From positions 878-64,877 of IMG/VR virus record IMGVR_UViG_3300025652_000061: 64,000 nt of DNA. The stretch is one strand, 5' to 3'. Positions 17,956 to 26,945 of this stretch are shown in pieces. The DNA comes from a virus. Taxonomy: Duplodnaviria; Caudoviricetes. Numbering within the stretch: the stretch's first letter is position 1; every line of letters starts with the position of its first letter. The notes under the pieces are model-generated. The model worked only from the letters and a program-made list of their open reading frames with translations. It ran no database searches and had not been told where the DNA came from. A program made the translations under genes and the position numbers.

Positions 17956-20391
17956 ATGAAGGATGTCAAAATCAACATTTCTTCCGCAGGGTTTCCGAGT
18001 CAGTTCGTTTCTGACAAAGAGAAAGCCTCGGATGAGTATGGCCTAATGATTGGTCAAGCCATTCAATACGAGTGGTTTAAAAAAGATGGCAACCAGTGCC
18101 GGTTTTATGACCAATGGCGAGAGTTTAACCGCTTGCGTCTGTATGCTCGTGGTGAGCAGAGTATCGCCAAGTACAAGAACGAGCTTGCTGTCGACGGCGA
18201 CCTCTCGTATTTGAATCTGGATTGGACGCCGGTCCCTATCCTTCCTAAGTTCGTAGACATCGTCGTCAACGGCATGTCCGAGAGGGTCTTTAAAGTCAAG
18301 GCATACGCCCAAGACGCGCTGTCCCAGTCTAAGCGCAGCAAGTACCAAGACATGGTCGAGGGGCAGATGGTAGCCAAGCCGGTTCTGGAGATTATACAAC
18401 AGAACTCTGAGGTCAATCCGTTTATGATGGACCCCGACGAGTTGCCTAACAGCGACGAGGAACTTAAGGTCTATATGCAGCTTAACTACAAGCCTGCTAT
18501 TGAGATTGCCGAGGAGGAGGCCATCAACACCATCCTTGAAGAGAACCACTATACCGACTTGCGCAAGCGTTTAGATTACGACCTTACCGTATTGGGCATC
18601 GGGGTATCTAAGCACGAGTTCTTGCCCGGAGCCGGCGTTCAGGTCTCGTATGTCGACCCCGCCAATGTGGTATACAGCTACACTGAAGACCCATATTTCA
18701 AGGACTGCTTCTACTGGGGAGAAATTAAGACGCTCCCTATCACGGAGCTCATAAAGATTGACCCCAACCTCACCAACGAGGACTTGGAGGAGATTAGTAA
18801 GTACAGCCAGAGCTGGTACGACTACTACAACGTGGCTCAGTTCTACGAAAACGATATCTTCTATCGCGACACAGCTACGTTGATGTACTTCAACTACAAG
18901 ACGACCAAGAAGATTGTCTATAAGAAGAAGATTCTTGAGGGCGACGGAGCCCGCGTAATTGAGAAGGACGACCAGTTCAATCCTCCCGAAGAGATGATGG
19001 AGGAGGGTAAGTACGAGAAGGTCGAGAAGACCATCGACGTATGGTATGACGGCATCATGGTCATGGGCACCAACATCTTGCTCAAGTGGGAGGAAGCTTA
19101 CAACATGGTGCGTCCCAAGTCTGCCAGTCAGCACGCTCTGCCCAACTATGTGGCTACAGCACCGCGTATGTACAAGGGTGTTATCGAGTCGCTTACGCGG
19201 CGTATGATTCCTTTCGCCGACCTCATTCAGATTACCCACCTCAAGCTCCAGCAGGTCATCTCGCGTACCGTTCCTGACGGCGTGTATATCGATGCCGACG
19301 GACTCAACGAGGTCGACCTAGGTACGGGCAATGCTTACAGCCCTGAAGACGCACTCCGGCTGTACTTCCAAACCGGTAGCGTTGTGGGAAGGTCGTACAC
19401 CCAAGATGGGGACTACAACCAAGGTAAGGTTCCTATTCAGGAGCTCAACAGCAACAGCGGTGCGGCTAAGACGCAGATGCTGATTGGCAATATGAATCAC
19501 TACTTGCAGATGATTCGTGACGTAACGGGCTTGAACGAGGCCCGCGACGGTAGTACCCCAGACCCACACTCTTTGGTGGGCTTGCAAAAGCTGGCCGCCG
19601 CCAACAGCAACACGGCTACGCGCCACGTCCTTGACGGCAGCCTTTTTATGTTCCGGTCTCTGGCCGAGGCCCTCACGTACCGTATCAGTGACGTACTAGA
19701 GTATGCTGATTTCAAGGAGGAGTTTGTAAACCAGATTGGTAAGTACAACGTCAGTATCCTCGAGGAGATTAGCGAGCTATACCTGTACGACTTTGGCATT
19801 TTCATTGAGGTCACCCCCGACGAAGAGGAGCGGCAGCAGCTTGAGGCTAATATCCAAATGGCCTTGAGCAAGGGCGGTATCGACCTTGAGGACGCCATCG
19901 ACATCCGAGAGATTAAAAACCTGAAGCTCGCCAATCAATTGCTTAAGATTAAGCGCGTCGCCAAGCAGGAGGAGGAGCGCCAGTTCCAGCTTCAGCAGCA
20001 GCAGATGCAGGCGCAAGCCAACATGGAATCCCAGCAGATAGCAGCGCAATCGGCTATGCAAAAGATTCAGGCTGAGGCCCAGAGCAAGATGCAGGTCAAG
20101 CAGGCGGAGATTGCTTTCGATATTGAGAAGATGCAGGCCGAGGCACGGGCTAAGGCGCAGCTCATGGACCTTGAGTTTCAGTACAATATGCAGCTTAACG
20201 GCATGCAAGAGAAGGGTTTACAGCAACGGGAAGACGAACGCGAAAAAGCAAAGGCAGACCGTATCAGTCAGCAAAACTCTGAGCAAAGCAAGCTTATTGA
20301 CCAACGGAAGAATAACTTACCACCCATGAAGTTTGAATCTAACGAGGACAGCCTCGATGGGTTCGACTTGGCAGAATTTAGTCCACGATAA
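17956..20391 (+). CDS. Portal protein
   Basis: 811 aa directly after TerL; IRDVTGLNEARDG motif; Q-rich C-terminal coiled coil. Confidence 0.85.
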   Translation: MKDVKINISSAGFPSQFVSDKEKASDEYGLMIGQAIQYEWFKKDGNQCRFYDQWREFNRLRLYARGEQSIAKYKNELAVDGDLSYLNLDWTPVPILPKFVDIVVNGMSERVFKVKAYAQDALSQSKRSKYQDMVEGQMVAKPVLEIIQQNSEVNPFMMDPDELPNSDEELKVYMQLNYKPAIEIAEEEAINTILEENHYTDLRKRLDYDLTVLGIGVSKHEFLPGAGVQVSYVDPANVVYSYTEDPYFKDCFYWGEIKTLPITELIKIDPNLTNEDLEEISKYSQSWYDYYNVAQFYENDIFYRDTATLMYFNYKTTKKIVYKKKILEGDGARVIEKDDQFNPPEEMMEEGKYEKVEKTIDVWYDGIMVMGTNILLKWEEAYNMVRPKSASQHALPNYVATAPRMYKGVIESLTRRMIPFADLIQITHLKLQQVISRTVPDGVYIDADGLNEVDLGTGNAYSPEDALRLYFQTGSVVGRSYTQDGDYNQGKVPIQELNSNSGAAKTQMLIGNMNHYLQMIRDVTGLNEARDGSTPDPHSLVGLQKLAAANSNTATRHVLDGSLFMFRSLAEALTYRISDVLEYADFKEEFVNQIGKYNVSILEEISELYLYDFGIFIEVTPDEEERQQLEANIQMALSKGGIDLEDAIDIREIKNLKLANQLLKIKRVAKQEEERQFQLQQQQMQAQANMESQQIAAQSAMQKIQAEAQSKMQVKQAEIAFDIEKMQAEARAKAQLMDLEFQYNMQLNGMQEKGLQQREDEREKAKADRISQQNSEQSKLIDQRKNNLPPMKFESNEDSLDGFDLAEFSPR

Positions 20392-20402
20392 AATATATAT
20401 AA

Positions 20403-21458
20403 ATGGAAATTAAAGTACGTGACCTCGGTGAGGTCGAAGCAAAATCTACGCAGCAGGTTGAACAGGAGCTGCTCGATAAGCATGAGGCGGAGGTAAGCGG
20501 TGAGACCGCACCTGAGCCTGAGGCGCCAACGCTGTCAGAAGATGACGTAAGGTCTTTCTTGAGCAACCGCTATGGCCGGGAGATTAACTCTTTGGATGAG
20601 CTGGCTGAGGTGCGCGAGACGACACCTGACTTGCCTGAGGACGTAGCTGCATACTACAAGTACAAGCAGGATACTGGTCGCGGCCTTGAGGACTTTATGA
20701 AAGTCAATCGCAATCTCGAAGATTCCGACGATGACTCACTCCTAAAAGAATACTTTATGGCCACCGAAGACGTCCTCGACGCTGACGACGTAGAGGTACT
20801 TATGGAGGACTATAAGTTTGATGAAGACCTCGATGAAGAGGTTGAAATTAAAAAGGCTAAATTAGCCAAGAAGAAAGCTGTTGCTAAAGCTCGGAAGTTC
20901 TTCGAAGAGCAGAAGGAGAAGTACCAAGCCCCTCTTGAGTCAAGGGGTGCTGGTTCTCTGGAAGACTCCGAAGAATACCAAAGCTATAAGCAATATGTTG
21001 AGCAGGCAAAGACGTACAACGAGGAGCAGGCGCGTAGGAGGGAGTGGTTTGACGAGAAAACAAACGAGGTGTTCAGTGAACAGTTCAAGGGTTTTGAGTT
21101 CAACCTCGACGACAAGTCCTATGTGTATACCCCTAGTGACCGTGGTGAATTGAAAAAGCTACAGAAGACTCCAGAGGCTTGGTTAAGCAAGTATCTGGAT
21201 GACAAGGGCTTGGTCAAGAACGCCAAGGAATATCACAAGTCTTTGGCTGTTGCGATGAACCCCGAGAAGTTTGCCCGATTCTTTTTTGAGCAGGGAAAAG
21301 CTGAAGCGGTAGATGGAGTCATGCGCAAGACGAAAAACATCAATATGTCTGAACGCAGCGCCCCGCAAGCCGTATCAAAGGGGGAATTCAAAGTTCGAGC
21401 CGTAACGCCCAGTTCGGGTAACGGCTTGAAAATTCGTAGTACAAGAAACAAATCTTAA
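20403..21458 (+). CDS. Putative capsid scaffolding protein
   Basis: Acidic helical protein between portal and capsid; FFEQGKAEA motif. Confidence 0.7.
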   Translation: MEIKVRDLGEVEAKSTQQVEQELLDKHEAEVSGETAPEPEAPTLSEDDVRSFLSNRYGREINSLDELAEVRETTPDLPEDVAAYYKYKQDTGRGLEDFMKVNRNLEDSDDDSLLKEYFMATEDVLDADDVEVLMEDYKFDEDLDEEVEIKKAKLAKKKAVAKARKFFEEQKEKYQAPLESRGAGSLEDSEEYQSYKQYVEQAKTYNEEQARRREWFDEKTNEVFSEQFKGFEFNLDDKSYVYTPSDRGELKKLQKTPEAWLSKYLDDKGLVKNAKEYHKSLAVAMNPEKFARFFFEQGKAEAVDGVMRKTKNINMSERSAPQAVSKGEFKVRAVTPSSGNGLKIRSTRNKS

Positions 21459-21464
21459 GAAAAC

Positions 21465-22904
21465 ATGGCAGGTTCAGTACAAGTAACCCCGGGGTTTCAA
21501 CTCCAGCCGAGCGCAGACCAGATTCCGCTCTCGACGAATTACATCACCAATTTCGACTTCCTCAACCAGTATCTCCCTGATACTTACGAGAAGGAGTTCG
21601 AGCGTTATGGTAATCGCACAGTAGCATCGTTCCTCCGTATGGTGGGCGCGGAGTTGCCATCCAATTCAGACCTCATTAAGTGGGCTGAGCAGGGTCGCCT
21701 CCACACCAAGTATGTTAGCTGTGGAACTACTGCGGCTTCGGCAGCTCCCACCGCTATTATTCAGGTCAATGACATCTTGAACGCTAACGGATTTGTTGGA
21801 GGCCATACGGCGAACAACATCGCTATCCGCGTTGGACAGACGGTTATGATTGACCAGAACAACGGTACCGGAAGTAACAAGGCTATTGTCACCGACGTCG
21901 ACCTTGCAAACAATCGGATTACTGTGGCTTTCTATGACGCTACTGGATACGTTGGTGCTGCGGGTGCTTTTGCGGACACTAACCTTACCATCTTCATCTA
22001 CGGTTCTGAGTTCTCAAAGGGCACGAACGGAATGGACGGTTCCCTCGAAGCTGAGGACGAAATCTTTGAGTGCAGTCCAGTCATCATGAAGGACAAGTAT
22101 GCGGTCAACGGTTCTGACATGGCTCAGATTGGATGGATTGAAGTGACCACCGAGAACGGTGCTAACGGATACCTCTGGTACATGAAGTCCGAGCACGAGA
22201 CCCGTCTCCGCTTCGACGATTATCTCGAGACTACTATGCTGGAGGCTATTCCTGCTGACGTAGGTGGTGCCGGCTCAGGTGCGGCGACTGCTGGCTTCAA
22301 GGGCACCGACGGTATCTTCTATACCATCGAGACTCGCGGCAACGTCTGGTCTGGCGGTATCCCCGCTGCTTTGGCTGACTTCGATGCAATCATCTCTCGC
22401 TTGGATAAGCAGGGTGCTATCGAGGAGAACGTCATCTTCGTTAACCGTGACTTCGGGTTCGCCATCGACGATATGTTGGCTGCTCAAAACAGCTACGGTG
22501 CTGGTGGTACGAGCTACGGCTTGTTCGACAACGACGAGCAGATGGCTCTCAACCTTGGCTTCACGGGCTTCCGCCGTGGTTACGACTTCTACAAGTCTGA
22601 CTGGAAGTACTTGAATGACCCAACTATGCGTGGTGGTCTCGCTTCTGGCGGCATCAACGGCATGATGGTTCCTGCTGGAAGCACTACGGTCTACGACCAA
22701 GTGTTGGGTAAGAACGCCAAGCGTCCGTTCCTCCACGTCCGCTACCGCGCCTCTGAAACTGAGGACCGCCGGTATAAGACTTGGATTACAGGTTCTGCCG
22801 GAGGTGCTGCTACCAGCGACCTCGACGCGATGGAAGTCAACTACCTCTCTGAGCGCGCAGTCTGCACTATGGGAGCGAACAACTTCTTCTTGTTCCAAGA
22901 CTAA
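21465..22904 (+). CDS. Major capsid protein
   Basis: QYLPDTYEKEFERYGNRT, WAEQGRLH, LSERAVCTMGANNF; strong codon bias; position. Confidence 0.85.
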   Translation: MAGSVQVTPGFQLQPSADQIPLSTNYITNFDFLNQYLPDTYEKEFERYGNRTVASFLRMVGAELPSNSDLIKWAEQGRLHTKYVSCGTTAASAAPTAIIQVNDILNANGFVGGHTANNIAIRVGQTVMIDQNNGTGSNKAIVTDVDLANNRITVAFYDATGYVGAAGAFADTNLTIFIYGSEFSKGTNGMDGSLEAEDEIFECSPVIMKDKYAVNGSDMAQIGWIEVTTENGANGYLWYMKSEHETRLRFDDYLETTMLEAIPADVGGAGSGAATAGFKGTDGIFYTIETRGNVWSGGIPAALADFDAIISRLDKQGAIEENVIFVNRDFGFAIDDMLAAQNSYGAGGTSYGLFDNDEQMALNLGFTGFRRGYDFYKSDWKYLNDPTMRGGLASGGINGMMVPAGSTTVYDQVLGKNAKRPFLHVRYRASETEDRRYKTWITGSAGGAATSDLDAMEVNYLSERAVCTMGANNFFLFQD

Positions 22905-22965
22905 TTCTAACCGGGTATTGGGGGCGCAATGGGCGCCCCCGCTATCCACCCTCAAATAAATTATT

Positions 22966-23697
22966 ATGAAAAACAAAGTATACCGACTGAAGCGGAAGAA
23001 TACCCCTATCGCATTTATGATTCCCGGTCGTGGAAATTCACGTAACCCACTTCTTTATTGGGACGAAGAGCGCGGAGAGAACCGCCCCTTGCGTTACGCC
23101 CGGAATCAAAAAACTCCATTCGAAGATGAGCAGGACGGAAATGCCGTTGTTGAACCCATTGTATTCGAAGACGGATTTTTAAGCGTACCAAAGACTAACC
23201 CTGTATTGCAGGAGTTCCTTCATTACCATCCTATGAATGGTGTTAAGTATGAAGAGGTCAACGAAGAGCGCGACGCTGGCGCTGAGGTTGAGCAGCTTAA
23301 CCTTGAGGTAGACGCCTTGGTCGAGTGCAAAAACATGAACATCGAAGCCCTTGAGCACGTCTCTCGCATCCTCCTTGGCATCGACCCATCTCGTATCACC
23401 ACGTCGGAATTGCGTCGCGATATGCTCATCTATGTGCGCCGAGACCCAGAGACATTCCTTCGTGTGGTCAACGACCCCGACCTGAAGTTGCAGTCTAAGA
23501 TTCAGAGATTCTTCGACGACAACCTGCTTTCTTTCCGCCGCAACAAGACGGAGATTTGGTTCAACGGGCCTACGAATAAAAAGAAACTCGTGACTATTCC
23601 TTTCGGTGAAGACCCTGTGGCTTTGGCTACGTCCTATCTACTTAGTGACGAAGGACTCGACCACCTTCGGGCCCTCGATGTTTTAATTTCAGAATAG
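22966..23697 (+). CDS. Conserved hypothetical protein following the capsid gene
   Basis: 243 aa; LRYARNQKTPF, IVFEDGFL. Confidence 0.8.
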   Translation: MKNKVYRLKRKNTPIAFMIPGRGNSRNPLLYWDEERGENRPLRYARNQKTPFEDEQDGNAVVEPIVFEDGFLSVPKTNPVLQEFLHYHPMNGVKYEEVNEERDAGAEVEQLNLEVDALVECKNMNIEALEHVSRILLGIDPSRITTSELRRDMLIYVRRDPETFLRVVNDPDLKLQSKIQRFFDDNLLSFRRNKTEIWFNGPTNKKKLVTIPFGEDPVALATSYLLSDEGLDHLRALDVLISE

Positions 23698-23709
23698 TAC
23701 ATTTGATTT

Positions 23710-24024
23710 ATGGATAGGTTAATTTCTTTCACCGTCGAACCTTCTGACGGAACCCCGTATCAGAAGTTGGTTAATACCGACAGTATTCTACCCGCTCTGA
23801 GTACCGGAGCCTTTCAAGTCTCTGGTTTCTATGGCACCTTTGCGAGTCAATTAGCATGGAATGTAGCCGGTGAGCTTCGTGTTGGTGGAGGAGCCGCCAG
23901 TGTGAATGAGCTTTCGGCCTATATCTCCAATGCGCTGCTTTCTTTCAATAGCGTTTCAGGACCTATTCAAGTGGTGGAGCCTAGCCCGATTTTCAAAATC
24001 ACAAACCTTACAACGCAATCATGA
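23710..24024 (+). CDS. Putative capsid decoration protein, paralog 1
   Basis: TACATTTG box upstream; weak similarity to the next two genes. Confidence 0.6.
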   Translation: MDRLISFTVEPSDGTPYQKLVNTDSILPALSTGAFQVSGFYGTFASQLAWNVAGELRVGGGAASVNELSAYISNALLSFNSVSGPIQVVEPSPIFKITNLTTQS

Positions 24025-24407
24025 GTGCTAAGTTTTTAGGCCCTTTCGTCTCTTATGAAGGTTACGACCCTTCTGACACTTCCTTTGACAACTATCGCAC
24101 ATACGTGAACTTCAGTAACGTCATGGAGATTTATCAGGATAGCGAGGATGCCGAATATATATCTATGTATAGGCATCTTTATATGGGGACTTCTCCCTCA
24201 GGCTCTTTTACTGGCGCCTACCTTGAGTTTTATCCAACAGGCGGAGAGGGCGACGTGTTAGCTGATTCTGATTACGGATTCACTAAGTTTTTGAATAGGA
24301 ACGTCAGTAACGTCCTTACCTCTTCTCCCGAGCAGGTCGTTATTAAACCTGAATACCCTCAGAGCTTAGCAGCGGTATCTCAGCAAACTTATTGTTCCCC
24401 ATTCTGA
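24021..24407 (+). CDS. Putative capsid decoration protein, paralog 2
   Basis: ATGA-coupled. Confidence 0.6.
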   Translation: MSAKFLGPFVSYEGYDPSDTSFDNYRTYVNFSNVMEIYQDSEDAEYISMYRHLYMGTSPSGSFTGAYLEFYPTGGEGDVLADSDYGFTKFLNRNVSNVLTSSPEQVVIKPEYPQSLAAVSQQTYCSPF

Positions 24408-25222
24408 TGAAGACGATTTCAATCCCCCGTTCTCGGCAACTAGCAAACGTAGAGAACAACATGTTTGTGAGTGTTGCAACGTGGAACTCATTTGATACCA
24501 GCACCTTTGAGTTAGTGTCAAACGCCTCTACCTTCATTACTTCAAACGTTCAACCCGGATACATTGTATTCAACCCGGAGAATTCTTCTAGTTGGGCTGA
24601 AGTCGTGAGTGTAGATAGCGAGACTCAGCTCACCCTCAGCGGTGCTTTTTCTACTACTGTTATCGGAGGAACTACTGAGCTAAAGAGGTTTAGTATTGTT
24701 CTTCCTGCCGTAGCCTTCTACGTCTCGACCACAGATTTGGCTACCGCAAAAGAATGGTGGTCTACATATAAGGTTGGTGACAGGATTCAGTCTGTAGGAC
24801 AGCAGAACAAAACCGTAGCAAACCTTGCTGTGGCTACCATTTTAGATATCACTATCGATGTTGATGCGGGCTATGCAGAAATGACGGTAGATAAGCCTAT
24901 GCAAACAAACAACGATATATTGGTATACAAGCAAGGCGATATTTCGGCAATCCCGGTAAACTACATTAGCGGCATTCAATTTTATCGGTCCTTCGAAACA
25001 AGCGATGGCGAGTTTTACGCAGATATTGCTATGGGCAACGGTGACCAGTATTCCTTATACCCACTTACCGAAGTGCTGAATAGTGCCGAAGACGTGATTG
25101 CGCTTCAGCCTAAGTTTGAGGCGGCTATTATGAATGCTGTTTCGGAGGTGCTCCGCGCTCCGTGGCCTACTGCAAATGCCATGATTGAAGATTCATATGG
25201 CTGGGACCTCTTATTCAATTAA
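24407..25222 (+). CDS. Putative capsid decoration protein, paralog 3, with inserted beta domains
   Basis: TGATG-coupled; insertion resembles the one in 6343. Confidence 0.6.
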   Translation: MKTISIPRSRQLANVENNMFVSVATWNSFDTSTFELVSNASTFITSNVQPGYIVFNPENSSSWAEVVSVDSETQLTLSGAFSTTVIGGTTELKRFSIVLPAVAFYVSTTDLATAKEWWSTYKVGDRIQSVGQQNKTVANLAVATILDITIDVDAGYAEMTVDKPMQTNNDILVYKQGDISAIPVNYISGIQFYRSFETSDGEFYADIAMGNGDQYSLYPLTEVLNSAEDVIALQPKFEAAIMNAVSEVLRAPWPTANAMIEDSYGWDLLFN

Positions 25223-25247
25223 TAATCGGTATCACTTACTACCAGAG

Positions 25248-25271
25248 AAAGCCACCTTCGGGTGGCTTTTT
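25248..25271 (+). terminator. Intrinsic terminator GCCACC-TTCG-GGTGGC-TTTTT
   Basis: Perfect stem, cUUCGg loop, U-tract, intergenic. Confidence 0.9.
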
Positions 25272-25293
25272 CGTTTGGCGCTATCTTTAGGGA

Positions 25294-26022
25294 ATGATTA
25301 ACTCCGTGCGTAATACGGTCTTGTCGATTCTGAACAAGAACAACTACGGTTACGTCTCTCCCTCCGACTTCAACCTGTTTGCTAAGCAGGCGCAGCTAGA
25401 GATTTTTGAGGGATACTTTACCGACCTCAACAACACTATCAACGCAGAGAACGCCCGTATGTCGGGCACGGACTACGTCGATATGAACAAAAGCATTCAG
25501 GAGTCTATCGACATCTTCTCTGTCACCAATGTCCTTACTCAACAGGGTGGCCCCATTTCTAATACGTTTAGTGTGCCATCCCTTGCAACTACGGGTGACG
25601 ACTACTACCTACTAAACAAGGTGCTTTGTTTGAACAATGGCGTGTATTCTGCTGAAGCTTCTGCCGTTAGTCACAGCCGCATCACAATGCTCAACAACTC
25701 AAACTTAACTGCGCCGTCCGCTCAGTATCCAGCGTATGTGGTTCAGGGCAATACCCTTACTGTATTTCCAAACACGTTTGATGCGGCGGGAGATGTTCAG
25801 GCCCAGTATATCCGATACCCCTTTGACCCTAAGTGGACATATACAATCCTTGGCAACGGTGAGCCGGTGTTTACTCAAACTGGAGACTACCAAGACTTTG
25901 AGCTACCGATTGACGACGAGCCTAAATTGGTGTATCGCATCTTGCAGATGGCAGGTATTAGTATCCGCGAGGCTGATGTGTATGGGTTTGCCAAAAACGA
26001 AGAGGCACAAAGCAAACAGTAA
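25294..26022 (+). CDS. Head-tail adaptor / tail ring protein
   Basis: LNKNNYGYVSPSDFNLFAKQAQ; resembles crAss-like ring proteins; position. Confidence 0.65.
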   Translation: MINSVRNTVLSILNKNNYGYVSPSDFNLFAKQAQLEIFEGYFTDLNNTINAENARMSGTDYVDMNKSIQESIDIFSVTNVLTQQGGPISNTFSVPSLATTGDDYYLLNKVLCLNNGVYSAEASAVSHSRITMLNNSNLTAPSAQYPAYVVQGNTLTVFPNTFDAAGDVQAQYIRYPFDPKWTYTILGNGEPVFTQTGDYQDFELPIDDEPKLVYRILQMAGISIREADVYGFAKNEEAQSKQ

Positions 26023-26945
26023 TGGCGTACATCACAGACTATCAGTACTACGAGAACGACGGTAACGCACCCGAGAATGCCAATTGGGGCAGCTACCAGT
26101 ACGTCTCGTTAGAGGACATCGTCAACAACTTCCTGTTGATGTATAGTGGCAACCACTCTTCGGTCAACAACGAGGAGCGGTACAAGGTCTTGTTTCATGC
26201 CAAGCGTGCTATACAGGAGTTGAATTACGACGCGCTCAAGGAGATTAAGGTTCTCGAGCTTGACGTGTGTGATACACTTCGCTTTGTGCTCCCCCAAGAC
26301 TATGTCAATTGGGTACGTATCTCCCTGTATAAGGACGGAGTTCTTCGACCGTTAACAGAGAACATCCAGACGAACTGGAGCTCTGCGTACCTACAGGATA
26401 ACAACTGCCGTATCCTTTTCGACGAGAACGGACAGATTCTAAGGCCCCAAGACTCGACCCTAGATGTCAACCGCATTGCCGGAACCAACCGCAGCATATA
26501 CCTCAACGAGAACAGCCCCTTAAACGGAGAGGAGGGGTACTACTACGAGGGATGTTGGTATTTCGACTGGGCTATCGGAGCGCGGTATGGCCTCAATACC
26601 GAGACGGCTAACGCCAACCCTACGTTCAGCATCAACAAGAAGGGTGGCGTCATCAATTTCAGCAGCGGCATGGCTAATGAGCTTTGTATCCTTGAGTATG
26701 TCAGCGATGGCATGGAGTCGGGAGACAACTCTGAGATTAGCGTAAACAAGATGTTTGAGGACTACGTGTATGCGTACATTCAATATGCTATCCTTGACGC
26801 TAAGCTGGGCGTACAGGAGTACGTAATTAGGAGGGCCTTAAAGAAAAAGAGTGCTTTGTTGCGCAACGCGAAGATTCGTGTAAGCAATATCCATCCGGGT
26901 CGGTTGCTGATGAATATGCGTGGTCGCGATAAGTGGATTAAGTAA
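26022..26945 (+). CDS. Tail ring/tubular structural protein
   Basis: FHAKRAIQELNYD, LPQDYVNWVRIS, ILEYVSDG. Confidence 0.65.
   Translation: MAYITDYQYYENDGNAPENANWGSYQYVSLEDIVNNFLLMYSGNHSSVNNEERYKVLFHAKRAIQELNYDALKEIKVLELDVCDTLRFVLPQDYVNWVRISLYKDGVLRPLTENIQTNWSSAYLQDNNCRILFDENGQILRPQDSTLDVNRIAGTNRSIYLNENSPLNGEEGYYYEGCWYFDWAIGARYGLNTETANANPTFSINKKGGVINFSSGMANELCILEYVSDGMESGDNSEISVNKMFEDYVYAYIQYAILDAKLGVQEYVIRRALKKKSALLRNAKIRVSNIHPGRLLMNMRGRDKWIK

Noticed and set aside
22920-22940. GC hairpin after the capsid gene as a terminator
   Set aside because: No U-tract follows; it may be an mRNA stability hairpin, so it is not called
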